The notes below the pieces were generated by a model. It was not told where the DNA came from. It made no database searches and saw nothing but the letters and a program-made list of their open reading frames with translations. A stretch of 64,000 nucleotides of DNA. It comes from a virus. Taxonomy: Duplodnaviria; Caudoviricetes. The DNA is taken from the IMG/VR virus record IMGVR_UViG_3300027533_000013, positions 55,702 to 119,701 of that record. The stretch is one strand, 5' to 3'. Shown here one piece after another: positions 21,864 through 31,130 of this stretch. Made by a program: the position numbers and the translations under genes. Positions within the stretch are counted from its first letter, which is position 1. Each line of letters opens with the position of its first letter.

Positions 21864-22265
21864 ATGTTGCAGCCACAGGCGATTGCCGAAACGTATGTGC
21901 CTCCGGCCCACTGTGTCGCCTTGACCCGGTACTTCTACCCGCCCTCAGAGCGGTCGGACGTGGTGCTGGCACGTCAGCTATTCAGGGCCGAGAAGGTCGT
22001 CTCTCAGGTCATCGTGAGGCCCCTACAGGCCCACCAGCGGGAAGCCCTACTGTGTCTGGTGTCCGATGTGGTGGCCGGGTTGGCTGCGGCTCCGGTACGG
22101 TTTGAAAAGAGTTTTCTGGTGTCGGCTATCAACAAGGGGATGTTCCAGATCGCATCGGCTGAATTTCATGTGTTCTGCTATGCGGACGGAAAGGTACAGA
22201 CCCGTCTCTGGGAAAAGAGACGGGCCGAGCGGTACCTCTTTGAGCGCGGGGAATTACTCTTCTAA
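21864..22265 (+). CDS. Degenerate GH24 lysozyme-like protein
   Basis: PLQAHQREAL...SFLVSAINKG...AEF...ADGKV...RRAERYLF follows the GH24 C-lobe; the catalytic N-lobe motif is not evident. Confidence 0.65.
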   Translation: MLQPQAIAETYVPPAHCVALTRYFYPPSERSDVVLARQLFRAEKVVSQVIVRPLQAHQREALLCLVSDVVAGLAAAPVRFEKSFLVSAINKGMFQIASAEFHVFCYADGKVQTRLWEKRRAERYLFERGELLF

Positions 22266-22574
22266 CGCTTGCTCGATGGCCGCGCACTCCTTTGTGTAGG
22301 CGGGGCCATAAATCTGAGGGAAGCCTTCCGGGGCTTCTGTGCAGACGACGACGGCTTGGTTACAGGCCAGACAGAAGTTGTTCCAGCGTCCAGCCGGATC
22401 GTTGGGACGTTCGTGCCAGCCTGCGAGGTCGTGACCATGCTTGAATGCGGCCTTCTCCGCGTCACGCTTGCGTTCAGGTAGTTCACCGAACTGGTCGATG
22501 GCCTCGTAGTGCTCGACAATGATCTTGCGCTTCGCCTTCACGATGTTCTTACGGCGAACAAACTTTAGTGCCAT
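22254..22574 (-). CDS. Hypothetical protein (rare minus-strand gene)
   Basis: AAGGAG RBS and its own promoter on the minus strand. Confidence 0.7.
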   Translation of the reverse strand: MALKFVRRKNIVKAKRKIIVEHYEAIDQFGELPERKRDAEKAAFKHGHDLAGWHERPNDPAGRWNNFCLACNQAVVVCTEAPEGFPQIYGPAYTKECAAIEQALEE

Positions 22575-22615
22575 TTAGACTCCTTTAGGCTATGCTCACT
22601 CCTTGAGCTTCATAG

Positions 22616-22644
22616 ATCATATCACAACGCCAACCGTTTGTCAA
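22616..22644 (-). promoter_or_regulatory. Sigma70 promoter, leftward
   Basis: TTGACA-17-TATGAT with extended TG. Confidence 0.75.
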
Positions 22645-22663
22645 ATTAGGCTCAAAACTTAAT

Positions 22664-22693
22664 TTGACAACGGGATAGGTCTGGTGCTACGCT
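22664..22693 (+). promoter_or_regulatory. Sigma70 promoter, rightward (divergent pair)
   Basis: TTGACA-18-TACGCT with extended TG. Confidence 0.65.
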
Positions 22694-22713
22694 ACAAGCC
22701 GCAATGGAGTGTG

Positions 22714-22959
22714 ATGGAAGACGAACCGCTACCTACGCTGTATAACGTCTGTCAGTTTTTCATGGACGGATCGTATGAATACGTCTGTCGATTTGTGCCC
22801 GTCGAGGAAGCGGCCAAGGCATTTGGCCACTACACACGGTCAGTCGGCGCACGAATTGGTTCGACGGTGCGCGTCATCATTACAGGGAGCGACGATTGCA
22901 TTTATGCGGAGTGGAAGTTTGGAGAAGGCTATACGTGGCCGAAGGAGTCGGTGAACTGA
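22714..22959 (+). CDS. Hypothetical protein
   Basis: GGAG RBS downstream of the promoter. Confidence 0.6.
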   Translation: MEDEPLPTLYNVCQFFMDGSYEYVCRFVPVEEAAKAFGHYTRSVGARIGSTVRVIITGSDDCIYAEWKFGEGYTWPKESVN

Positions 22960-22960
22960 C

Positions 22961-24148
22961 GTGTTGACATTCGACGTGGCATTCAAAGCGCATCTGCCGT
23001 TTATCGGCATCCACACGGATGATCCGGTGAATGTGAAGACGGTGCTCCAATTTATGAGTGGTAAGGCATTCATGCCGTTGCCCACCGCCAAAAATGCCCC
23101 GATTGGGGACATGTATCTATGGTTCACGGAAGATATGACACAGGTGACCGTGGACATGTATCGGAAGCTCTGTGCGGCCACCGCGTCAGCGGTTGTCATC
23201 AACCCAGACAAGTCGTCGTCACTGGTGTATGACACCGGCACGTTGCTGGTCCCGTCCGTGTTCCATATGGATTATCTGGCCCAGTTCGTGGAAAAGGATC
23301 AGATCCCTGTTATTGCTCAGCAATTGAAGGGTTTGTCGCTGAAAACGGCTCAAGAGGTCGTGCAGTTGACGATGGCCCGAGTGCAGTCAATTGCACCGCA
23401 AGAGGTCCGGAAGACCCGGCAGATGATGGGTGGGGAGACCCCCGGTCTGACCCAGCTTGACACGGACTACGACTTCTACGAGTGGCCAGCCGCCCTACAG
23501 GAGTGGTTGAACCTGAATGATCCATACTTCCTTGATGTGAACACGCCACAGGTGTTGCAGCCCCGTGGCCTGTTGCTGGCCGGGGAGGCAGGCACGGGTA
23601 AGAGCATGGCGGCACGGGTGCTGGCGAAGCACTGGGACGTGCCCTTGTTCCGTCTGGATGTCTCGACCAGCCTGAACCGGTATCTCGGAGAATCCGAGAG
23701 CCGCATCGCCAGAAACCTGAACGTCATCGAGCAGAACGCGCCGTGTGTCTGGTTGCTGGACGAAGCCGAGAAGTTGTTCAACACGCAGGGCGACGAAGGC
23801 ACGACTCAGCGTATCCTGAGTCAGATGCTCTGGTGGTTGCAGGAGCATCGGTCCAGAGTCCTGACCATCATGACGACCAACAATCTGGAGGTCATCCCGA
23901 AGGAGTTGTATCGAGCGGAGCGGCTGGATAAGGTGCTCCATCTCGAAAAGCTCTCCTTGTCGGCGGCGAAGCAGTTTGCCGCAAAAGTCTACGAATCGGT
24001 GGTGCAGTCGCCGCTACCGATCAAGAGACAGAAGGTGATCCGGGATTTGCTGGACAAGGGTGACAAGGGCACGTATGCTCACGCCGAAGTGCGGGTGCTG
24101 GTCTACGAGCTTGTGAAAAAGAGTGGGTGGTTGGACCCGGAGAAATGA
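22961..24148 (+). CDS. AAA+ ATPase
   Basis: Walker A GEAGTGKS, YLGESE pore loop, Walker B WLLDEAEK, TTN...ELYRAERLD. Confidence 0.9.
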   Translation: MLTFDVAFKAHLPFIGIHTDDPVNVKTVLQFMSGKAFMPLPTAKNAPIGDMYLWFTEDMTQVTVDMYRKLCAATASAVVINPDKSSSLVYDTGTLLVPSVFHMDYLAQFVEKDQIPVIAQQLKGLSLKTAQEVVQLTMARVQSIAPQEVRKTRQMMGGETPGLTQLDTDYDFYEWPAALQEWLNLNDPYFLDVNTPQVLQPRGLLLAGEAGTGKSMAARVLAKHWDVPLFRLDVSTSLNRYLGESESRIARNLNVIEQNAPCVWLLDEAEKLFNTQGDEGTTQRILSQMLWWLQEHRSRVLTIMTTNNLEVIPKELYRAERLDKVLHLEKLSLSAAKQFAAKVYESVVQSPLPIKRQKVIRDLLDKGDKGTYAHAEVRVLVYELVKKSGWLDPEK

Positions 24149-24459
24149 CCATGAAAATGCCTGACGAATTGATTGCAGCAACCAAGAAAGCGTTGCGGAG
24201 TCTCGATGCGTCACATGTCTACGTGGGCATCGTCGGTAATCATCCCGTAGACGAGGCACGCATTCAATTTCTGATTGAGTTGGGGCACTGTGTGTTGACC
24301 GGGAAGACGATTGTCATTCCGGTGCCCTATGGCATGGATGTGCCGCCGAAGTTGGCAGCGGTGGCAGATCGAATTGTCCGGTATGACCCGAACCGCATAG
24401 AGACGCTGGAGCACAATCTTGCGGTGGCCTTGACGGAGATGGGAATCAACCGGCAATGA
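24145..24459 (+). CDS. Hypothetical protein
   Basis: ATGA overlap with the ATPase gene. Confidence 0.55.
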   Translation: MTMKMPDELIAATKKALRSLDASHVYVGIVGNHPVDEARIQFLIELGHCVLTGKTIVIPVPYGMDVPPKLAAVADRIVRYDPNRIETLEHNLAVALTEMGINRQ

Positions 24460-24463
24460 CCAC

Positions 24464-24492
24464 TTGACAAACGAAATGCCCAGTGCTATTCT
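24464..24492 (+). promoter_or_regulatory. Sigma70 promoter
   Basis: TTGACA-17-TATTCT with extended TG. Confidence 0.75.
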
Positions 24493-24531
24493 ACTGACCG
24501 GGCAAATTAGCCCAGTCAATGGAGTGAAACG

Positions 24532-25182
24532 ATGAGTGAACTGTTACGTTACGTCGGAAGTCGCAACGAATATCTGGACATCGCTACCCGTGGCGGGGGT
24601 GTCACAGCCGAAGGTGTGTCGCCACCGGACGAATTCTTGGGCATCAGTGCGGACTACGCAATCCACCCGAAAGGTGTGGGGTGTCTGATTATCCGATTCG
24701 TGGTCCATGGCGCAGGTGCCAACCCGAAGAATTACAAGCATCTGACTTATCGGGAGTCGGCCAAGTTCTTGATCCGGGCCACGAAGACGACCGGAGCGGA
24801 ACTGTTCAAGGGCTACCGGCTCAACAAGATCGCCATCCCTGTCTTCCAGCCGCCCGTGCGGCCACAGGAAGTGGAGAAGTTCGCGGAGAAGCTCAACGTA
24901 TGGGCGTTGGTGGAAGCGTGGATCGTGGAGACCGTGCAGGCCGAAGGATTTGTTCTGGTCGCCCCGGATCTTCAGAGTGTGCTTCGCCTGATGGTGTGTG
25001 GAGAATCCACCCCGGAAGATGCCGTCAAATCGGTGATTGAATTTCCGAACTTGAGTGCTCCGGAACAGCAAGCGTTCGCAAACTCACAGGCGCAGAAGCC
25101 TGAAGAGGACGAGGAAGATCCGGACAAGGAAGATCCGGACGAAGATGACGACGACGCGAAAGAAAAGGACTGGCTGAACTAA
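24532..25182 (+). CDS. Hypothetical protein with acidic tail
   Basis: GGAG RBS; 216 aa. Confidence 0.65.
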   Translation: MSELLRYVGSRNEYLDIATRGGGVTAEGVSPPDEFLGISADYAIHPKGVGCLIIRFVVHGAGANPKNYKHLTYRESAKFLIRATKTTGAELFKGYRLNKIAIPVFQPPVRPQEVEKFAEKLNVWALVEAWIVETVQAEGFVLVAPDLQSVLRLMVCGESTPEDAVKSVIEFPNLSAPEQQAFANSQAQKPEEDEEDPDKEDPDEDDDDAKEKDWLN

Positions 25183-25185
25183 CCT

Positions 25186-25473
25186 ATGGCAACAGCAACG
25201 GCTGAGAAAGCAGTAGCGCATTGCAAGTATTGTGGGAAGGAACAGGATATCGCAGGGATGACCAGTTTCGTGCGATTGTCCTGTAATCACACCATGATTG
25301 AGAAGGGCGAGTCTTTTTACAAGCTGGCGTTAGACACGGCGCGTTTGGATTACGCAGCCGCGAAAGAACGTCTGGCCCAGAAGCAGAAAGAACTGGCTGA
25401 GTTGGAGAAAGAAATCAACCAACTCAACCGAGTCATCATCGAGTTGGGTTGTTTACTAGGAGAGGGGGAGTGA
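25186..25473 (+). CDS. Hypothetical Zn-finger/coiled-coil protein
   Basis: CxxC...CxH and a heptad-repeat tail. Confidence 0.55.
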   Translation: MATATAEKAVAHCKYCGKEQDIAGMTSFVRLSCNHTMIEKGESFYKLALDTARLDYAAAKERLAQKQKELAELEKEINQLNRVIIELGCLLGEGE

Positions 25474-26288
25474 TGGCACAGAAACTATCGCTGGCAGATA
25501 GGCTGCTAGCGAAGCTCGGGAAGCTCGGTGTTTCCCAGCGAAAAGCAAAAGAGTTGGCCAAGGGTTTGGCACCTACGGCGGCTCGACAGACGGTCTCAGG
25601 CACGGTGACTGGCAAGCTGGAAGCCCGTCTTCTGAAGCTGGGACTGACTGAGCGGAAGGCCAAGGAGCTAGCCAAGGGTCTGGCTCCGCTGGTCAGGGCG
25701 TCCATCAAGGGCAAGGTCAAGAAGGCGGCGAAGACGCTGGACGACGTGTCTGATCAGGACGTGAACGAGACGGTAGACGAAGCGGTGGATGAGGCCGAGG
25801 ATGCCGAACTGGACAAGGTGGCCCCGAGGGTAAACGGGCACCGTGTCAGGCTCGACCTACCGGTGGTGACCCGGTCCCAGTGGCAGCACGCGCCCACCAA
25901 GGGTGTCGAGTTGCTGAGGGTCATGGATGGCCTGTCCACCAGTCGGACCTACCTTGTGGCGTCTGTCAAGAGCGAGACGGGCATCGTGGCGGTACGCCAG
26001 TTGAACAGTGACTGGTATAACGTCAAGTTCTACCCGACGATGGCGTTCTGGAACAAGACGCGGCAGGAACTGACGGATCTGGGAGGTCAGGACTTCCTGT
26101 CTCGGGAGTGGTATGAGCGGTGCCATTGCAGTCCCCGTGCGTTGGAGCGGGTGCTGGGCCAGTTGGAAATCGATGGGAAGCCGAAGTCACGGATGACACG
26201 ACTCATCGACCGGTTCAAGACGGTGGCGGCGAAGCCATTGATCAGGGCGTTCGATTACCTGCACAAGCGGGTGTCCACCGCCGCGTAG
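25473..26288 (+). CDS. Hypothetical basic protein with duplicated RKAKELAKGLAP motif
   Basis: TGATG coupling; internal repeat. Confidence 0.6.
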   Translation: MAQKLSLADRLLAKLGKLGVSQRKAKELAKGLAPTAARQTVSGTVTGKLEARLLKLGLTERKAKELAKGLAPLVRASIKGKVKKAAKTLDDVSDQDVNETVDEAVDEAEDAELDKVAPRVNGHRVRLDLPVVTRSQWQHAPTKGVELLRVMDGLSTSRTYLVASVKSETGIVAVRQLNSDWYNVKFYPTMAFWNKTRQELTDLGGQDFLSREWYERCHCSPRALERVLGQLEIDGKPKSRMTRLIDRFKTVAAKPLIRAFDYLHKRVSTAA

Positions 26289-26292
26289 TTAT

Positions 26293-26402
26293 GTGGGGAT
26301 AGCTCAGAGTAGAGCACCGGATCGAAGTAACAGCAAGTAGGGTCATGAACCGAACGCTATGAAAACATCCGGAGGTCATAGGTCAACGCCCTATTCCCCA
26401 CT
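26293..26402 (+). tRNA. tRNA-like RNA with ~44-nt insert in the anticodon loop and a non-canonical T loop
   Basis: Acceptor GTGGGGA/TCCCCAC; TA-GCTC-AGAGTA-GAGC D arm; CCGGAT/ATCCGG; AGGTC; ATAGG-TCAACGC-CCTAT. Confidence 0.7.
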
Positions 26403-26464
26403 CTCCATCTCGGCGTGAGTCGCTGGGTAAGTACGGCCCATCCACTCACGGTAAGTACCGTCTG

Positions 26465-26495
26465 GCACCGAACGGTCGAGATTCGGTGCATTTTT
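26465..26495 (+). terminator. Rho-independent terminator
   Basis: GCACCGAA/TTCGGTGC stem followed by ATTTTT. Confidence 0.65.
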
Positions 26496-26669
26496 CTGGA
26501 GTCTTATGGTTCTGGTCAAACCAAGACGATGCCGATTCTGTGGCAGTGTGTCATATCCACCCGCCACGTATATTCACCACAAGTCCAAGTGTCTGGTAAT
26601 GAAAAAGAAGGGCCGTAAGAGTGTCTTCACGGTGAGCGGTGGACGACCCGAGAGTGGCCGGAGGAAGTT

Positions 26670-26867
26670 TTGATGTTCTCCAAGATGCCGTTGAAGTGTT
26701 GCATCTGCGGTGTGGACTACGAAGCCTCTGTCACCGCCCGGTGGCAGAAGTTCACGGCGGGTGTGTGCGGCGAAGATTGTTTTGACGAGAAGAACTGGCG
26801 ACGAACCCTGTCCATCATGGGGAAGACCTATTACCCACGTCCTGTGAGGAATAATGACCCAGCTTGA
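26670..26867 (+). CDS. Small Cys-rich protein
   Basis: GGAGG RBS; CxxC...CxxxC. Confidence 0.5.
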   Translation: MMFSKMPLKCCICGVDYEASVTARWQKFTAGVCGEDCFDEKNWRRTLSIMGKTYYPRPVRNNDPA

Positions 26868-27759
26868 AGGTATGAAGGTGGCCGGGGATATTGTGGCGTG
26901 GGCACTGCTGTCTCGGATTATCGAAGTGTCGGCCCAGCCTAACGTATACTGGATCGCCAAGACTCGCGTGCAATGGATGGCCGAAACGGGCTTGACGCTC
27001 AAGCAATACAACCGGTGCATCCGGGTGCTGGAGAAGAAGAATCTGATTATCGTCAAAATTATGAAACACGAGGGCCTAACTATGACCCACGTGAGGATGG
27101 GACCATCCCATTGTTCCCAAAGGGAACAACCAAATCGATTCATTAAATACATTGATCACAGTAAAGAAGTATTAAAGAAAGAAAGTGATCAATGTATTGG
27201 CGATGCAAGCATCGCCAGAGCAGGAGAGTTAGTATCAATAGAGCACGGGGGTATAGAAGAAGGGAATAAGGAGAATAAAGAGAAGGAAGGGAATAAGGAG
27301 AATACGGGGTGGTTAATGAAAGCCACAGAAGTATTGAAGAACCATAAGGGTGGTGGAGTAGAAGGGAGTTTGGAGGCGTACTGGAAGTCCCGGTGTGCCC
27401 TCGTCTCCAATGAGTATCAGCGTCCCCTGACTGGGAAGGAGCGCGGACAATTGAAGCAGTTGTCCAAGTATTTGGGGATCGAGACGAAACCCGTGATTGC
27501 GTATGCGGTGGAGCACTGGTTGAAATTCAGCACGCACGCAGCCATTTCGGCGGGGACGGTAGGGGCTGAGAGCCCCCATATTGGATTTTTGTTGAAGTAC
27601 CATGCGGTGGCAATGAATTTGCTTCACCCTGTTGAGAAGCCACCGGTCGTGGCGGAACTACCCGTGCAATCAATTGCACCGGTCGCGGAGAAAGTGGAAG
27701 TCCATGCAATTTCTCTGAAGGAGTTGGAGGAAATGCTGGACGGACTGAAATCTCCGTGA
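26854..27759 (+). CDS. Putative replication initiator (N-terminal winged-HTH, AT-rich repeat linker)
   Basis: WMAETGLTLKQYNRCIRVLEKKNLI; precedes loader-like and helicase genes. Confidence 0.55.
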   Translation: MTQLEGMKVAGDIVAWALLSRIIEVSAQPNVYWIAKTRVQWMAETGLTLKQYNRCIRVLEKKNLIIVKIMKHEGLTMTHVRMGPSHCSQREQPNRFIKYIDHSKEVLKKESDQCIGDASIARAGELVSIEHGGIEEGNKENKEKEGNKENTGWLMKATEVLKNHKGGGVEGSLEAYWKSRCALVSNEYQRPLTGKERGQLKQLSKYLGIETKPVIAYAVEHWLKFSTHAAISAGTVGAESPHIGFLLKYHAVAMNLLHPVEKPPVVAELPVQSIAPVAEKVEVHAISLKELEEMLDGLKSP

Positions 27760-28307
27760 AGGAGCCAAACGTGACCCTCGGAATGCTAGACGCGAAGGAG
27801 CATGATCGGATTATTGCCGACTTCGAACAGGTGTGTACCACGGCGGGGATTCAGGGCCATTTCATGTATGAATCCGCCAAGAAGTATTGTGGACCTATCG
27901 AGGTCGATTGGATCACCAAGTTCTGGGCCTACAAGGCACACGGGTGCCCCGGTCTGGTGCTGCATGGGGTGACCAAGCCGGATACACGCTGCCAGTCGAT
28001 TGCGGCGGCATTGGTGCGGAACTACGTCGATGCACGGGTGATTCCGTTGAACACGTTGATTGAGAGCATGATGAATGGTGGGACGGCCCCGGCACCCACC
28101 GTGTTGCTCATCCCGAACCTTTACATGCTGGCGATGAGCAAGAACGTCCCGCCGTGGCGGATTCAGGTGATGTACGACCTGTTGCTGGAACGAGCCATCA
28201 AGAACAAGCCAACCGTGGTGTATGTGGAGGACGTGAAGGGATTGACGTCAATGTATGGCGCTCCGTTCGCGGATTTTCTCAGCCGGTTCACGCTGGTGGA
28301 AAAGTAA
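27756..28307 (+). CDS. Degenerate DnaC/IstB-like helicase-loader-like protein
   Basis: GLVLHG without GKT; VLLIPNL; LLLER...KPTVV; position between initiator and helicase. Confidence 0.5.
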   Translation: MKEPNVTLGMLDAKEHDRIIADFEQVCTTAGIQGHFMYESAKKYCGPIEVDWITKFWAYKAHGCPGLVLHGVTKPDTRCQSIAAALVRNYVDARVIPLNTLIESMMNGGTAPAPTVLLIPNLYMLAMSKNVPPWRIQVMYDLLLERAIKNKPTVVYVEDVKGLTSMYGAPFADFLSRFTLVEK

Positions 28308-28762
28308 TGAATTTGGGGAATAAAAATGCGCTGAAACATGGAATGACGCGCACTTACACACATCGATCATGGCAGGCAATGAGAGCACGATGTTTGTGGA
28401 AGCCACCACTACATTCTTCACCAAGGAAACAGGTGATATTTGCCTTGTATTCCAAGTTGGGCATTTGTGAACGGTGGATGGTGTTCGCTAATTTTCTGGC
28501 TGACATGGGTGAGAGACCAGCGGGTGCCACGTTAGACCGCATTGACAATGAAAAGGGTTATGAACCGGGAAATTGTCGATGGGCGACTAATTCTCAACAA
28601 CAACGTAACAAACGGACCACAAAAATTTTGGAATTCGGGGGAAAGATGCAGTCTTTACCAGAATGGGCAGACGAAATTGGTGTGCGTAGAGATATCTTGA
28701 CCCACCGTTTACGTCTAGGCTGGAGTGTTGAACGCACCTTAACAACTCCTGTAGGAAAGTAG
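28307..28762 (+). CDS. HNH homing endonuclease
   Basis: FLADMGERP...TLDRIDNEKGYEPGNCRWAT...N. Confidence 0.9.
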   Translation: MNLGNKNALKHGMTRTYTHRSWQAMRARCLWKPPLHSSPRKQVIFALYSKLGICERWMVFANFLADMGERPAGATLDRIDNEKGYEPGNCRWATNSQQQRNKRTTKILEFGGKMQSLPEWADEIGVRRDILTHRLRLGWSVERTLTTPVGK

Positions 28763-28768
28763 GTTCAT

Positions 28769-30058
28769 TTGGCCTACGCACTCGGAACCAAAGTTGTCAA
28801 AAAATTGTGCGAAGAACAGAACCACATCGGGTGGCAGAAGGCCAAGCTGTCACCCGCCCTTTTTAAGCCCTACGAGCAGCCGCTGTTCGCATGGACCCAA
28901 GACCATCTGAAGCAACACCATGTCCTGCCCCATGTCGAGACACTGCAAGCGCAGTTCCCGGATGTGGGAGCTGTGGAGACGGTCGAACCATCGAGTTACT
29001 ACATCGCGTTGCTGGAGAATCAGTTTTACTACGATACGCTCAATAAAACCCAACTGAAGTCGCAAGAGATTCTGAAGGACGACCAGAACAACCATCTACT
29101 GGCTGTTGAAACCTTGCGACATGGCATCCGAGAGATTACCGAACAGAAGTATCGCAGCCGCATACTGGATGTAGGAAAAGAAGCAGGACCACTTGTTCTG
29201 AAGGCGTACTACCAAGCCAACACCGTCGAGCATGTCGGGGCCTTTGGGTGGCCCTATATGGACCTGCAAAGCGGTGGGGTGATGCCGGGGGACGTGATCA
29301 GCTTCGTGGGGCGACCAGCCGTAGGCAAGACGTGGTTGACCCTCTGGACGGCTCTCCACAACTGGATGGTGCAGCAGTTGAACATTCTCTACGTGAGCAT
29401 GGAGATGATGACGCTGCCCATCGCGCAGCGAATCACGGCGCTCTACACCAAGCAGAACATCAACCAATTGAAGATGGGGGGCTACAGCACCCAGACCATG
29501 GCGAAGTTCTACAAGGGATTGCAGGCGATGGTGAGTGAGAAGGCCAAGATGTATGTGGTGGATGGAAATCTGGCCACCAATGCGGAAGACCTGTTTGAGT
29601 TAGCGGCGATGCTGGAGTGTCGAGTCGTTTTCATTGATGGGGCCTACCTCCTACGCCACCGCAACATCCGACTAGATCGATTCAGTCGTGCCGCAGAGAA
29701 CGTGGAACTCATCAAGCGATTCTGCACCGATCAGGAGATGATGGCCTTCTGCTCGTGGCAGTTCAACCGTGAAGCGAGTAAGAAGCAGAAGAAGGGTGGC
29801 GGCGACCACGGAGACTTGGAAGATATCGGCTATTCAGATGCCATCGGGCAAATTAGTAGCATTGCCTTGTCACTCTTCCAAGAAGAATCGGTCGAGACGA
29901 TGAAGCACCGGAAGGTGCAAGTCATGAAGGGACGGAATGGAGAGGTTGGGCAGTTCCAGATTGCGTGGGACTTCTTGAACATGACGTTTCATCAAACCGA
30001 TCCCGCACCGGGTGTCACGAAAGATGACAACGAGAACCTGAAACTCCAATGGGTGTGA
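28769..30058 (+). CDS. dnaB: DnaB-family replicative helicase
   Basis: GRPAVGKT, YVSMEM, VFIDG, QFNR, KGRNG. Confidence 0.9.
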   Translation: MAYALGTKVVKKLCEEQNHIGWQKAKLSPALFKPYEQPLFAWTQDHLKQHHVLPHVETLQAQFPDVGAVETVEPSSYYIALLENQFYYDTLNKTQLKSQEILKDDQNNHLLAVETLRHGIREITEQKYRSRILDVGKEAGPLVLKAYYQANTVEHVGAFGWPYMDLQSGGVMPGDVISFVGRPAVGKTWLTLWTALHNWMVQQLNILYVSMEMMTLPIAQRITALYTKQNINQLKMGGYSTQTMAKFYKGLQAMVSEKAKMYVVDGNLATNAEDLFELAAMLECRVVFIDGAYLLRHRNIRLDRFSRAAENVELIKRFCTDQEMMAFCSWQFNREASKKQKKGGGDHGDLEDIGYSDAIGQISSIALSLFQEESVETMKHRKVQVMKGRNGEVGQFQIAWDFLNMTFHQTDPAPGVTKDDNENLKLQWV

Positions 30059-30462
30059 AGTTCAAGCCGAAGCCTACGAAGGGCACGCTCGTAATCACTC
30101 CAGCCGCCCAGAAGGCGTTGCACAAGGGCAAGCCGAAGACTGTGGCCGAGACGTTGGCCATGCTGGAGGCGATTTATTGGAAAGAGGTTGCGAGAGCGAA
30201 GACCGTCGCCCGACTACTGGCAGGACTACATGGCACGGTGACATCTCGTGAAGTGGTAGCCTATATGATTGCGGAAGGAACATTTACTCCCGGTCCTGAT
30301 ACCGCAGAACACTGGATTAGTGCAGTGTGGCGAGAAAAGAGTCACGGACTCAAGGTGTGGGAAGACACGGGTGAGTGGCGATTCGGGAAATCAACTAAGA
30401 CACAAGGCGGTAAACGTAGTGGAAAGGTATGGAGACTGAGGAAACTACCGTGGATGACGTAG
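30049..30462 (+). CDS. Hypothetical protein
   Basis: ORF overlapping the helicase end. Confidence 0.5.
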   Translation: MGVKFKPKPTKGTLVITPAAQKALHKGKPKTVAETLAMLEAIYWKEVARAKTVARLLAGLHGTVTSREVVAYMIAEGTFTPGPDTAEHWISAVWREKSHGLKVWEDTGEWRFGKSTKTQGGKRSGKVWRLRKLPWMT

Positions 30463-30662
30463 ACACGGGTGAAAAAGAGGTAGATATGATCATGACCTGT
30501 CCGACGTGTGGGTTGGTGATTGTGGCGAAGGGGAAGCTGAACCCAAACGGCACGACCACCATGACCACGACGTGTTTCAAGTGTTTGCGGTTGTATACGG
30601 TGACGGTTGATTCACAGACGTTGCAACCCGTAGCACCGCTTGACAAACGACTGACTGGATGA
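30429..30662 (+). CDS. Small Zn-ribbon protein
   Basis: CPTC...CFKC; start uncertain. Confidence 0.45.
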   Translation: METEETTVDDVDTGEKEVDMIMTCPTCGLVIVAKGKLNPNGTTTMTTTCFKCLRLYTVTVDSQTLQPVAPLDKRLTG

Positions 30663-30668
30663 TACCGT
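30640..30668 (+). promoter_or_regulatory. Sigma70 promoter
   Basis: TTGACA-17-TACCGT with extended TG. Confidence 0.65.
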
Positions 30669-30687
30669 AGCGACACCAAGGAGTGGC

Positions 30688-31128
30688 ATGTTTTCCAGAA
30701 CGATCTGTGATTGTCCTCAGTGTCAGAAGTGTTGCCATGTCCAACCCGGCCACCTCTTGCCGGGGCAGATGGAGAAGATTGCCGACTACCTGAAGCAGAC
30801 CATCGAGGAAGTGAAACAGTTCTTCTGGGCGTCACCGGGGGCGCTCGTGCAGAGTGCTAAGACCGGGATACAGTTTCGTATTGGCACTATCACGCCTAAG
30901 TTCGATAAGCACAAGAAAGCCTGTGTGTTCCTGAGTGATGAGGGCAAGTGCCGCATCCATGCCGAAGCCCCGTATGGATGTGCGTTCTTCGATGCGTGTA
31001 AGATGAGTGCGGCTGAAGGTCAGAAGCGTGCTGTGTGGGGGATGCAGCAGATTATGGTCGATGAGGACTACAAAGCACTTCGCAATAGTTTACCGTTTGC
31101 CGAGTCGTATCACCCCAAAGGCTACTAA
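30688..31128 (+). CDS. YkgJ-like CxxCxxCC metal-cluster protein
   Basis: CPQCQKCC...CVFL...CRIH...PYGCAFF. Confidence 0.75.
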   Translation: MFSRTICDCPQCQKCCHVQPGHLLPGQMEKIADYLKQTIEEVKQFFWASPGALVQSAKTGIQFRIGTITPKFDKHKKACVFLSDEGKCRIHAEAPYGCAFFDACKMSAAEGQKRAVWGMQQIMVDEDYKALRNSLPFAESYHPKGY

Positions 31129-31130
31129 CC

